NCBI RefSeq assembly: GCF_001306135.1
Contig: NZ_LGKP01000040.1
Location: 152,726-216,725, forward strand
DNA: 64,000 bases
Direction of reading: 5' to 3'
DNA from: Herpetosiphon geysericola
Lineage (GTDB): Bacteria > Chloroflexota > Chloroflexia > Chloroflexales > Herpetosiphonaceae
Below, in pieces: positions 9,431 through 18,493 of this stretch. The notes beneath the pieces were generated by a model. It did not search any database. It was not told the origin of the DNA and saw only the letters and a list, made by a program, of their open reading frames with translations. Position numbers and translations under genes: made by a program. The number at the start of each line of letters is the position of its first letter. Position 1 is the stretch's first letter.

Positions 9431-9795
9431 CTGTGATCTATTTTACCTATGTGGCCACGCCGGATGCCGGCTTTTTGCCTGGCATTCCCTTGGCCGATTT
9501 GACTGCAACTCACTGTGTGCAGATGGCGGATTGGCAGCTGCGCAGTGTGGCCGCCGCGCCGATGTATCAGCCAACGCCTGCGGGTGTCGCCTATGTGGCA
9601 GAACGCTTGCCCGAACCGGAGCCAGAACCAGAGCCACCCGTGGAGCCAGAACCACCGGCTGAGCCACCCGTTGACCCGGAGCCACCGGCTGAGCCACCCA
9701 GCGAGCCAGAGCCACCCGTGGAGCCAAAACCACCGAGTGAACCCGAGCCAACGCCGACGGCGACGACCGTGCGTCGCAAAGGAGGTGCTGCATGA
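9427..9795 (+). CDS. hypothetical protein with (E/P)-rich EPEPP repeats
   Basis: C-terminal PEPEPEPEPPVEPEPPAEPP repeats. Position before the major tail gene. Confidence 0.4.
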   Translation: MTVIYFTYVATPDAGFLPGIPLADLTATHCVQMADWQLRSVAAAPMYQPTPAGVAYVAERLPEPEPEPEPPVEPEPPAEPPVDPEPPAEPPSEPEPPVEPKPPSEPEPTPTATTVRRKGGAA

Positions 9796-10808
9796 CCATT
9801 GCCCAACAAATTGCCTTTGAATCATTCGCCATGGCGCGGGAAGCCACCGCTGGCACACCCGCCAGTGCGCCAACTCATTATGTCACCGCCAAAGGACAAG
9901 TCGATCCTGAAATCACGCACGACGAGCCAGAAGAATCGCGCGGCACGTTGGCCAAAATCTACCGCTCGGCGGTGGTGAATCGCCAATCCAAGTGGAAAGC
10001 CAGTGGCGGTCTCGATCTCGATCTGATGCCGTTTCTGATGCAAATGCTGCACAACGGATCGCTCACTGCGCCAACAACTCCTGCTGGGGCAACGCTCGCA
10101 CGGTTGTGGGAGTCCACCCGCGTGATGACCAGTGCCAATACCAAATTTGCCACGCTCTGGTTTGGTGATCCCAATGTCCAAACGTTTCGTGCTGCCTTTG
10201 GAGGGCTGAACAATTGCAAGCTCACGAGCAATGTGGTAGGGAATGCGGCCACCAAGTTCGACCTCGATGGCTTTGCCCAATTTATGGAGGCGGTCAGCAC
10301 GCCCGCCTTGCCACCGCAAACCGCTGGCGATTTGGTAATTCCGAGTGACTTGGAATGCTGGATTGACCAAGGCAGCGATGCCATTGGGACCACTCCGGCA
10401 ACCTTCCGCGTGATTCAGGTCGAGCACACCTTTCAACCAGGACTCGAACCCGATAAGTCGGCCAGCGGTCCGAGTGGCAACCGCACCTGGAATCGGGTCA
10501 ATGTCGGCGTGAGTTCGCCGCAAACCATCCTGACCCTCTATTTTGATGACCTGATCGATTACGACCGCTGGCGCAACGGCGTGCGTTGTAAGGTGCGCGT
10601 GCGCCATAACGGCACCTTCATCGAGACCGTGGCGGGCAATCCCAGCTATCGCTATCTCGAAGTCGATGGCTATGGCGTGCTCAAAGCCATGACCTGGGGG
10701 GCGCAGAAGAACGCCCGCACCATCAAGCTCACCCTTGACCATGCCTATGAACCAACGATTGGCAGCGATTTGCGCATGGCCTGCCAGAATACCAAAACGA
10801 CCGTCTAA
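9792..10808 (+). CDS. major tail (tube) protein
   Basis: 338-aa protein immediately upstream of the chaperone and tape-measure pair. Confidence 0.55.
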   Translation: MTIAQQIAFESFAMAREATAGTPASAPTHYVTAKGQVDPEITHDEPEESRGTLAKIYRSAVVNRQSKWKASGGLDLDLMPFLMQMLHNGSLTAPTTPAGATLARLWESTRVMTSANTKFATLWFGDPNVQTFRAAFGGLNNCKLTSNVVGNAATKFDLDGFAQFMEAVSTPALPPQTAGDLVIPSDLECWIDQGSDAIGTTPATFRVIQVEHTFQPGLEPDKSASGPSGNRTWNRVNVGVSSPQTILTLYFDDLIDYDRWRNGVRCKVRVRHNGTFIETVAGNPSYRYLEVDGYGVLKAMTWGAQKNARTIKLTLDHAYEPTIGSDLRMACQNTKTTV

Positions 10809-10861
10809 GCCACGGTTTCGTAGCCAAGCTGAATCTTTTTATTCCGCGAAAGGATAGCCCC

Positions 10862-11245
10862 ATGAGCCGTTTTACCCCAACCACCACCATCGCCCTGACC
10901 GATGCTGACGACACCATCACCATGCGCACCGGTTTGACCTATGGCCAACGGGCCGACTATGCCGATGCCTTGATGCAGATCGAAGGCGAGTATGTCACCA
11001 CTTATCGCCGCCAGTTGCTGATGCTCGAAGCCACGATCGAGGACTGGTCAGGCCCATCGTTTGATGCCATGCCGATCACGCGCACCAGCATTGCGGCGCT
11101 CGATCCCCGTGATCCGTTGGTGCAACGTGCGGTTGCCCATGCGGAGGCGGTGATTTACCCAAAGGCCGCACCATTAACGGGCGACACCAGCAGCACACCA
11201 TCAGCCACGCCGACCAGCTCTATTGGGGATGGTACAGCCAGCTAA
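10862..11245 (+). CDS. tail assembly chaperone (gpG-like)
   Basis: 127-aa acidic protein directly upstream of the tape measure. An overlapping -1 frame ORF runs 11245-11430 (see findings). Confidence 0.5.
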   Translation: MSRFTPTTTIALTDADDTITMRTGLTYGQRADYADALMQIEGEYVTTYRRQLLMLEATIEDWSGPSFDAMPITRTSIAALDPRDPLVQRAVAHAEAVIYPKAAPLTGDTSSTPSATPTSSIGDGTAS

Positions 11246-11368
11246 GTGGTGGAGGGGCCGCACGAATCGGCGATTACGATGCTGAGGTCGCCTTGACCAT
11301 GCGCTTTGGCTGGACCTATGAGCAAATTCGCCAGCAACCGGCTGGCTTTATCGATGAATTAATCGCGC

Positions 11369-14300
11369 GTGCCAATGCGGAAAGCGACTGGCATGCCGAG
11401 GAGCAGGGCCGTGGCGGAAGAAACCCTTGATCTGATTCTCTCCCTGCGCGATGAGGCCACCAGCAAACTCGCCGCTGCTGGTGGCCAGCTTGCGTCCCTG
11501 AACGAGCAATCGACCCGCGCCGCCGCGACCGTGCAGACCTTGGCGGATAAATATCGGTTAGCGGGACAATCCCAAGACCTCGTGGCCAAGTCCGTAACCG
11601 ATCTCACGGGCAAGCAGGCCAAACTCGAAAGCACCATCGAGGCAACCACCCGCGCGCTGGAGCAGGAACGATCCAAAGCGGATAGCAATGCCACCACCAT
11701 TGCCACCTTAGAACGATCGTTGGAAAAGCTCCAACAGCAAGCCCGCTCCACCAGTGATGCAATCGAGCGCAAGGTCATCAGTATTGAGAAGGCCAGCGTG
11801 AGCATGCGCCAGCTGGAGCAGCGCACCCTGACCGCCGCCGATGCCATGCGCCACGAAGACTCCGCCATGAGCGAAGCGAAAGGCTCGATGGGCGGTCTCG
11901 CTGATGGACTCATGGGCGTGGCCAAGGCCTATGTGGGGGTGGAAGCCGTCCGCAAAGCGGTGCAGTGGGGCAAAGAAGGGGCGGCAATCGAAGGGGTTGA
12001 AGAAGCCTTCGAGAACCTTGCCCGCAAATCGGGCATGTCCAGTACTACCTATCTCGCCGCCCTCAAAGACGCGAGTGCGGGCACGATTAGCGAAACCAAT
12101 CTGATGATTGGGGCCAATAAGGCGGTGCTGCTCGCCGGTGATCGCCTGGCGAAAGATGTGCCGCAGCTTTTGGAAATTGCCCGGGCTGCGTCGAAAGCCA
12201 CCGGCGAAGATATCAACTTCATGTTCGATTCGCTGGTGACGGGCCTCGCCCGCAACAGCAAGATGATCATCGATAACCTAGGGATCACGGTCGATGTGGC
12301 CAAGGCCAATGAGACCTACGCCGCATCGATTGGGAAAACTGCCGATGCCCTGAACGATCAAGAAAAGGCGCTGGCTTTCCAACAAGCGGTCATGCAGAGC
12401 GGCCAGCAGATGATCAACGATGTTGGGGTCGATGTTGACTCCAACGCCGCCAAGATTGCCCGCGCGGAAGCCCATTTGGAGAACTTTGGCAACAAATTGA
12501 AAGTCTTGGCTGGCGATATTGTGGGCTTCTTTGCTGAGGGCATTGATGTGCTGGATCGCCTCACCAGCCAAAACTTCACGGTCGCGCAGCGGCTGCATGA
12601 GGTCGACTATCTCGCTATCCAATCGGGCAAGAGCTTTGCCACCTATGAGCAGTCGCTTAAGGATCTGGATGCCACCGAGGGCATGGTCACCGAGCGTCAG
12701 TACCATTTGGCCGAAGCCTTCCTCAAAACGGGCATGGATGCCCAAACCGCCATGGATCGGGTGCGCAGCTTAGGCGATGCGTTTGTGCGCAAAGCCGAGG
12801 CGGTGGGACTCTCCAGTACCGCGATTGCCGATCTCGCGGTGCGCGCGGATACGCTGTCAGAAAAAAGTGAGCGGGCACGCGGGGCCGTCGAAGCCACCAC
12901 CTTTGCCTTCAGTGCTGGATCAATCGATGCGACGATGTACCGCGATGCGCTCGATGCCATTGAGCAGCAAGTGGTACAGGATGAACTTGAGCTGACGCGC
13001 CTCGAATCGGCGACGTTGCTGGTCGCGGACAGCACGCGCGAGGCAACCGCCAGCACCGATGAGTTTACGGCGGCGGTTGAAGCCCATACCGATAGCCTCT
13101 ATGCCAAAATCGATGCCACGATCGAAGCCAGCATGGAGCAAGAAACCCTTGCCCTCTTGACCCAAAACGCGCGCTTGGCCGCTGATGATCATATTGGCGC
13201 GCTGGCTGCCGAAACTGGCAGTCTTTATGACTTGGCCGCAGCGGCCCAAACCGCCGGCGATGCGCTCGCTTATAAAGCCTTGATGGAAGGGGCGGCCCAG
13301 CTGCCGCGCAATACCACCGCCGCCCGCAACGAACTGCGCGCCGAGGGGATCGACCCCCGTGATCAGCGCCAATACAAAGATGCGGTCGTTGATCGCTCAC
13401 AGGATTTGGTCAATCCGGCAGGGGCCGCAGCGCGCCAACGGGAAGCCGAACGCCAAGCGGATGACTTCAATCGCCAAAACGCTGATCGTATCCGCACGAC
13501 ACGCGGCACGACGCGGCGGAGCAGTGGCGGCGGTGGGAGCCGTGGGAGTGGCGGCAGCCGTAGCAGTGGCAAAACTGCCAGCGAGCGCGAAGCCGAACAG
13601 CGCATCAAACAGGCCGAGCAAACCGAAGCCAAGATTGCCAAGGCGAAGGAGGATTTTCAGGAGAAGGCCGAACGCCTCACCCGTGATCACCATGCCGCCG
13701 TGCGCAAGATTGAGGATGACTACCACCGTAAGGCACTGGCTGCCGAACAATCTTTCAATCGTCAGAAGTTTGCCGGTCAAGCCGATTTCTTGGAATCCGT
13801 TGCTGGGATGAACAAAGCCGATCGGGCAGAGGCGCTGCGCAAGCAAACCGAGGCATGGGACAAAGCCCAGGTGATGGCCCAAGCCGGGCGTGCCAAAGAA
13901 GCCGATGCCTACCTCAAAGCAGCGGAAGAAGAAATTGAAGCGGATCAGCAACGCACCGATCGCATGCGCCAGCTGCGCCAACAGTTGTCCGATGACACGG
14001 CGGAATTGACCGCTGCCGATCGTGCCGATCTGGAAGAACAACTGCGGCTCTTGGATAAAGCCGACCAAATCAAAGATGACCTTGCCGCCAAACGCCTGAG
14101 CGACTTGGAAACGGCCAATGATAGCCTGAAAGCCGAGCGCGATGAAGCCTTGGCCAGTGAGAACGCCGACTATACCGAAGCCCAGGCCAAGCTGCGTGAT
14201 GACTTTGCCGACACCATGCGCGGGATTGTCGACAAACAAACCGAGCAGTTGCACGCCCATCAAACGTGGGCCGATGCCACGATCGCCTTGTATGGCTTGG

Positions 14301-14800
14301 TGGCTTCAGCGGCAAGCAACGCCGCGAACGCCGCTAGTCGTGTCCCAAGTGGCACGTCTGCACCTGGTGATGACGCAATCTACACCACGCAGGATAAAGT
14401 CGAAGCCAGTTACGCCCTTGGCACCGGTGATCGGGGCTTGGCGCGCGATATGATCGTCCAAGCCCACGCCCGCGAAATTATTGTTGACCCAACCCGCTCC
14501 GATGTGATTCGCAAAGCCGGCGGGATTGATTATCTGATCAAATTGGGTGAAACCGAACGAGTCAATCGGTCGCGCCCCGATCGGCTGCCCACCGTCACGC
14601 CCGCGCCGCTGGTGCAACCAGCTCCACGTGACTATCCCCCAACAGCGGCTGCAGCTGGGCCAACCAGCGTGGCCATTCAGGCAGGCGGGTTGACCCTTGC
14701 CCAAGTCGAAGCACTTATGCGCCGGATTCTGGCCCAAAACAATCAAGGCATGGGGCAACAGAGCCAGGTCCGGCAACGTCTCGCCAGCCCCCGAAAGTGA
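11369..14800 (+). CDS. tail tape measure protein
   Basis: 1143 aa, highly alpha-helical and coiled-coil (Ala/Glu/Gln/Arg-rich) with a glycine-rich segment. Alternative starts GTG 11369, ATG 11375 or ATG 11392. Confidence 0.85.
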   Translation: MPMRKATGMPRSRAVAEETLDLILSLRDEATSKLAAAGGQLASLNEQSTRAAATVQTLADKYRLAGQSQDLVAKSVTDLTGKQAKLESTIEATTRALEQERSKADSNATTIATLERSLEKLQQQARSTSDAIERKVISIEKASVSMRQLEQRTLTAADAMRHEDSAMSEAKGSMGGLADGLMGVAKAYVGVEAVRKAVQWGKEGAAIEGVEEAFENLARKSGMSSTTYLAALKDASAGTISETNLMIGANKAVLLAGDRLAKDVPQLLEIARAASKATGEDINFMFDSLVTGLARNSKMIIDNLGITVDVAKANETYAASIGKTADALNDQEKALAFQQAVMQSGQQMINDVGVDVDSNAAKIARAEAHLENFGNKLKVLAGDIVGFFAEGIDVLDRLTSQNFTVAQRLHEVDYLAIQSGKSFATYEQSLKDLDATEGMVTERQYHLAEAFLKTGMDAQTAMDRVRSLGDAFVRKAEAVGLSSTAIADLAVRADTLSEKSERARGAVEATTFAFSAGSIDATMYRDALDAIEQQVVQDELELTRLESATLLVADSTREATASTDEFTAAVEAHTDSLYAKIDATIEASMEQETLALLTQNARLAADDHIGALAAETGSLYDLAAAAQTAGDALAYKALMEGAAQLPRNTTAARNELRAEGIDPRDQRQYKDAVVDRSQDLVNPAGAAARQREAERQADDFNRQNADRIRTTRGTTRRSSGGGGSRGSGGSRSSGKTASEREAEQRIKQAEQTEAKIAKAKEDFQEKAERLTRDHHAAVRKIEDDYHRKALAAEQSFNRQKFAGQADFLESVAGMNKADRAEALRKQTEAWDKAQVMAQAGRAKEADAYLKAAEEEIEADQQRTDRMRQLRQQLSDDTAELTAADRADLEEQLRLLDKADQIKDDLAAKRLSDLETANDSLKAERDEALASENADYTEAQAKLRDDFADTMRGIVDKQTEQLHAHQTWADATIALYGLVASAASNAANAASRVPSGTSAPGDDAIYTTQDKVEASYALGTGDRGLARDMIVQAHAREIIVDPTRSDVIRKAGGIDYLIKLGETERVNRSRPDRLPTVTPAPLVQPAPRDYPPTAAAAGPTSVAIQAGGLTLAQVEALMRRILAQNNQGMGQQSQVRQRLASPRK

Positions 14801-14807
14801 GGATCGC

Positions 14808-16175
14808 ATGCCAACTACCCAACGTACCTGTTCGTTGATTGCCGGAACTGATACCTTTACGATTGGCGACCCCAGCACGGGAGCCGATGCCACCTTTGTC
14901 TTGGGCGGCGGGGCCATTCCCAGCACCCACGATGATCGCCCGGTCGAAACCCAATGGCTGATTAATATTGTGGGGAGCACGGCAGCGGATGCCATGAGTC
15001 GGCTGCAAAAACTGGGGCGGATTCTGACCGCTGCCACCTACTACCGCACCGCCCCTGAGCTGTATGAAACGCTGCGGCCACGGGTGCTGTTTCAGCCCTT
15101 CGGCAGTAATCGCAGCACGCCGCTTGTGCGTAGCCTGCTTGATGCCGCAGTGCCTGATGTGCCCGCTGGCATGATTGATACCGATTTACAAGCCATTCCC
15201 CCAGGCATTAATGGCGTGGCCATCAGCTTCCAGTCGGGCGGCTGGTGGTTGCCCAGTGAATTGAATGACTACGATCGGGTGACTTCGAGCAGTGTGGCCA
15301 ATGGCAATGTGATGACGCTGAACTTTGGCGCAACCATCCATGCCATTCCCTCGCCAGCCCGGGTTGTCGTTGCGGGCAATTTTCCACCCACTAGCAGTGG
15401 CTTTCTGAACATGCCGCTCTCGGCGTTGCTAATCAGCAAACAAGGTGGGGTTCAGATTGTCGCTGGCAATAGCTGGAGCAACGATGCGACGTGGATCAAC
15501 AACAACCAGTCTGCCCAAAAAGCGCGTGATACAAACGTCTTGCGCGGGACGCTGAGTACCGGCATAACCAGCATCACCCCACAGCACAGCGGCAGCTTCA
15601 CCGTCAGTGGGCGACAAACCGTGGTCACCAAGATTGCCGTGCGCACGGCGGGGGTGAGCGTGCGGATTGCGGCAGTCTTGGAGAATCTCGAGAATGGCCA
15701 AAGTCTCGTCTCGCCAGAAGAAGTGGTGAGTGGCGGCACGACCACCAATCCTCAGATCGTCATCTTTCGCGAGATTGCGATTAATAGTGTCAGCACGCGC
15801 TTGCGCTATCGGGTCACCGCCAGCGCTGCGGCGATCATGGATATTGAAACCAGCTACCTCGTCGATACCACGCGCACCGAGTATGGGGTGCGCATCCTTG
15901 AACCGTTTACCATTAATAGCAGCCCCACCGGCTTTGTGCTCGACTTCCAACCCACCTACCGCCCACGGGTTGCCATCACGGGCAAGTTTGTCGGCGCGCG
16001 GGGTCGCTTACCGGTGCAGGTGCCGGCCCAAACCGTTGCCGGAGCGGATGCCAATCTCGATGCCGTCTATGTCGGCACCTATAGCACCAACTGGCGGGTC
16101 GTCGACGCGGCCAGCGCAGTGACCAATTATGTCCTGACCCTTGACCGCTATCGGGCCTACCGGATTCCAGAGTAA
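14808..16175 (+). CDS. distal tail protein (Dit-like)
   Basis: First gene after the tape measure. ATG at 14808 with GAGGAT upstream. Confidence 0.5.
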   Translation: MPTTQRTCSLIAGTDTFTIGDPSTGADATFVLGGGAIPSTHDDRPVETQWLINIVGSTAADAMSRLQKLGRILTAATYYRTAPELYETLRPRVLFQPFGSNRSTPLVRSLLDAAVPDVPAGMIDTDLQAIPPGINGVAISFQSGGWWLPSELNDYDRVTSSSVANGNVMTLNFGATIHAIPSPARVVVAGNFPPTSSGFLNMPLSALLISKQGGVQIVAGNSWSNDATWINNNQSAQKARDTNVLRGTLSTGITSITPQHSGSFTVSGRQTVVTKIAVRTAGVSVRIAAVLENLENGQSLVSPEEVVSGGTTTNPQIVIFREIAINSVSTRLRYRVTASAAAIMDIETSYLVDTTRTEYGVRILEPFTINSSPTGFVLDFQPTYRPRVAITGKFVGARGRLPVQVPAQTVAGADANLDAVYVGTYSTNWRVVDAASAVTNYVLTLDRYRAYRIPE

Positions 16176-16186
16176 GCGAGGCACCC

Positions 16187-17950
16187 ATGCTTGATCCCCA
16201 ATTCCAGATTCTGATTCAGGATCTGACGAGTAATCAAATCCTTGATATTTCCGATCGAGTGATCGCCGCCACGTGGCGCTATACCGAGCAAGGGTGTGGT
16301 GATTTGAATGTCACCATGCCCTGCACCATTGCCGAAGCCTATTGGTTCAAAACCGTGCCGTTTATCTATGTGAAAGTGTTCAACCGCTGCTCAAAGCGCA
16401 TCTGGTGGGGCCGCGCGGCGGGCGATGATGTGGCGATTACCCGCACGGCGGATCGGGCCGTGTCAATCCAAATCGTGGCCTTGGGCTTAGTCAAAGCGCT
16501 CGAAGATATGCCGCATACCGGCTGGTGGAGCAGCACCCGCTATGGCGATTGGCAGGAAGTGACGACGGATCTGATTCCAAGCCGAACGCCCGAGCGCTAT
16601 AGCATGGAAACCGAACGCCGCTTGCGGATTGCGCCATCGGGCGGCAATGGTTTTACCAGCAGTAGCATTGGCATGCTCTCGATTGCCCAGCCCGCTGCGG
16701 CGACTGTCCAATGGCAAACCATTGAGGCAGCCTACACCCTCAAAGCCCCGGCAGGTTGGCGTGCCAGCTTGAGCCGCTATGATGGCATCACCTTTTTGTC
16801 GTCGCTCTGGACGCTCGATGGGATTGGCACTGGCTCGACCGGTATGACCACCCAAAGCGGCACGCTGAGCTTCCTGAGCGGGGTCGGCTGCTCGCGATTA
16901 GGCTTCAATCTGTTCTGTACCCGTGCGGCCACCACGCTGCATACCGCCGCAATCACCGCTGGCACGCGGGTGGTCACGCCAGGAACGATGGCAGGAATTA
17001 CCGTCAATGCCAAGCTGGCCATTGGCGGCGCGGAGCCAGAAGAAGTCGTCGTGACGGCCACGACCGCGACGACCTTTACCGCCGTGTTTCGCAATCCCCA
17101 CCTGGGGAGCGATCTCGTTGAACCCATCTGGGATGGCAATGATGGCGATATTGAATTGATCATCACCAACTTGCGCGTGAAAGCGGTAACTCTGTCAACG
17201 GTCACGCTCGACCAAGTGGCGAAGTATGCGTTGGGCGACGTGCTGGCGGTGAATCCTTGGGCCATCGTCAATAGCGATGGCAAGGTGCAAAGTCCGCTCG
17301 TCGATCTTGCCAATCTGCTCGCCGAAGATCAGCCGTGGGCCACCATCTTGAGTGAGCAGGTGCAGCTGGGCGATACCGCCAACCGACCATGGGTGTGGGG
17401 GGTCGATGAGGACGGGGTGCTGTTCGTGCGGCCCCGTCAGTCCGGGCGGGTGTGGTATCTCAGCACTGAACAATGTAGCTATACCCAAGGCGGGAACAGC
17501 GATGGGCGCTGGACGAGTGGCTATGGGGTCTATGAAGATGAGCAAGGCCTACGCCAGCGCACACCCATCCAAACCGATGCCCAAGCCTTGGCGAATAGCG
17601 GCCTGGTGCGGCGCACGGCACTCGTAGTTGATAGTGGCACGCTTGCGGTGGCGACGCAGCGGACGAGCGTGTTTCTGGGTGATGCGGCCAAGGGTGAAGC
17701 CGCTGCGGGCGTGACCTGTGCCGTGCTCGAAACCGTGGATGGCATGGTCTATCCAGCTACTGAGGCCCGACCTGGCGACATGCTACTCTTTCGTGATGTG
17801 CTGCCGACCAGCAGCGCCGTGGCCAATCGCCTGAATGGCTTTGTATTGGCCGAAGTCCAGGTCGATGGATTCAATCTGGCGGCAGTGCAGCTCGTGCCGG
17901 AGGAGCCGCTGCCGCTACTGGAGATGGTGGTGGCGAAAGCTAAGCTATAA
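16187..17950 (+). CDS. tail-associated protein (Tal/baseplate hub-like)
   Basis: 587 aa. Second gene after the tape measure. Confidence 0.5.
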   Translation: MLDPQFQILIQDLTSNQILDISDRVIAATWRYTEQGCGDLNVTMPCTIAEAYWFKTVPFIYVKVFNRCSKRIWWGRAAGDDVAITRTADRAVSIQIVALGLVKALEDMPHTGWWSSTRYGDWQEVTTDLIPSRTPERYSMETERRLRIAPSGGNGFTSSSIGMLSIAQPAAATVQWQTIEAAYTLKAPAGWRASLSRYDGITFLSSLWTLDGIGTGSTGMTTQSGTLSFLSGVGCSRLGFNLFCTRAATTLHTAAITAGTRVVTPGTMAGITVNAKLAIGGAEPEEVVVTATTATTFTAVFRNPHLGSDLVEPIWDGNDGDIELIITNLRVKAVTLSTVTLDQVAKYALGDVLAVNPWAIVNSDGKVQSPLVDLANLLAEDQPWATILSEQVQLGDTANRPWVWGVDEDGVLFVRPRQSGRVWYLSTEQCSYTQGGNSDGRWTSGYGVYEDEQGLRQRTPIQTDAQALANSGLVRRTALVVDSGTLAVATQRTSVFLGDAAKGEAAAGVTCAVLETVDGMVYPATEARPGDMLLFRDVLPTSSAVANRLNGFVLAEVQVDGFNLAAVQLVPEEPLPLLEMVVAKAKL

Positions 17951-17956
17951 GTCCGG

Positions 17957-17992
17957 CAAGAGAACCGCTTCATTAATGAGGCGGTTCTCTTG
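17957..17992 (+). terminator. hairpin terminator at the end of the tail operon
   Basis: Perfect 12-bp inverted repeat CAAGAGAACCGC ... GCGGTTCTCTTG with a 12-nt loop. Confidence 0.5.
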
Positions 17993-18493
17993 TGTTCAAG
18001 ATAAATGTCTATAGTCATGTGAGGGGATTCTTGCTATACTCATATGGTGCAGGTGATAAATAAGAGAATAAGACTACCTCGAGCTAAGTTTTGTCTTAAT
18101 AATTCAGCCCAGTAACTATACCAATGTAAATCTAAATTACCTGTTGAATAATCACGACATGAACGAATCCGAGATAGCTCGGAATGAATTTTCAAGCTGA
18201 GTAGTGAGCAAACAGTAGCATTTCATATAAGCAAATAGATATCACTGATATACGAGTAAATCACGCTTGTAGTCATAGCTGTTTAGGCGATCAACTTGGA
18301 ATTTATCCCTCTCTTGAAGTATTAGGAATCACTGGATGATCACGTCGGCTTCTGGTTAGTAAGAGGAGGGCCATCGACAAAACTGCACATCCATCAATTC
18401 ATGGTGTCTATGCCCACCTTCTCCCTAACTACCGACCATAAAATTACTAGACAGAGCCTATTATTAGAAGCTATTTGGTTGTGAGGATCTTAT

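Noticed and set aside
9822-10742. 306-aa ORF on the minus strand overlapping the major tail gene. Similar long antisense ORFs occur at 1711-2247, 6030-6653, 9388-9873, 13397-14263, 14306-15037, 15429-15950 and 34935-35423.
   Set aside because: They lie entirely antisense to well-supported genes in high-GC DNA, where stop codons are rare. They have low-complexity Gly/Arg/Ala-rich translations and no RBS, so they are shadow ORFs.
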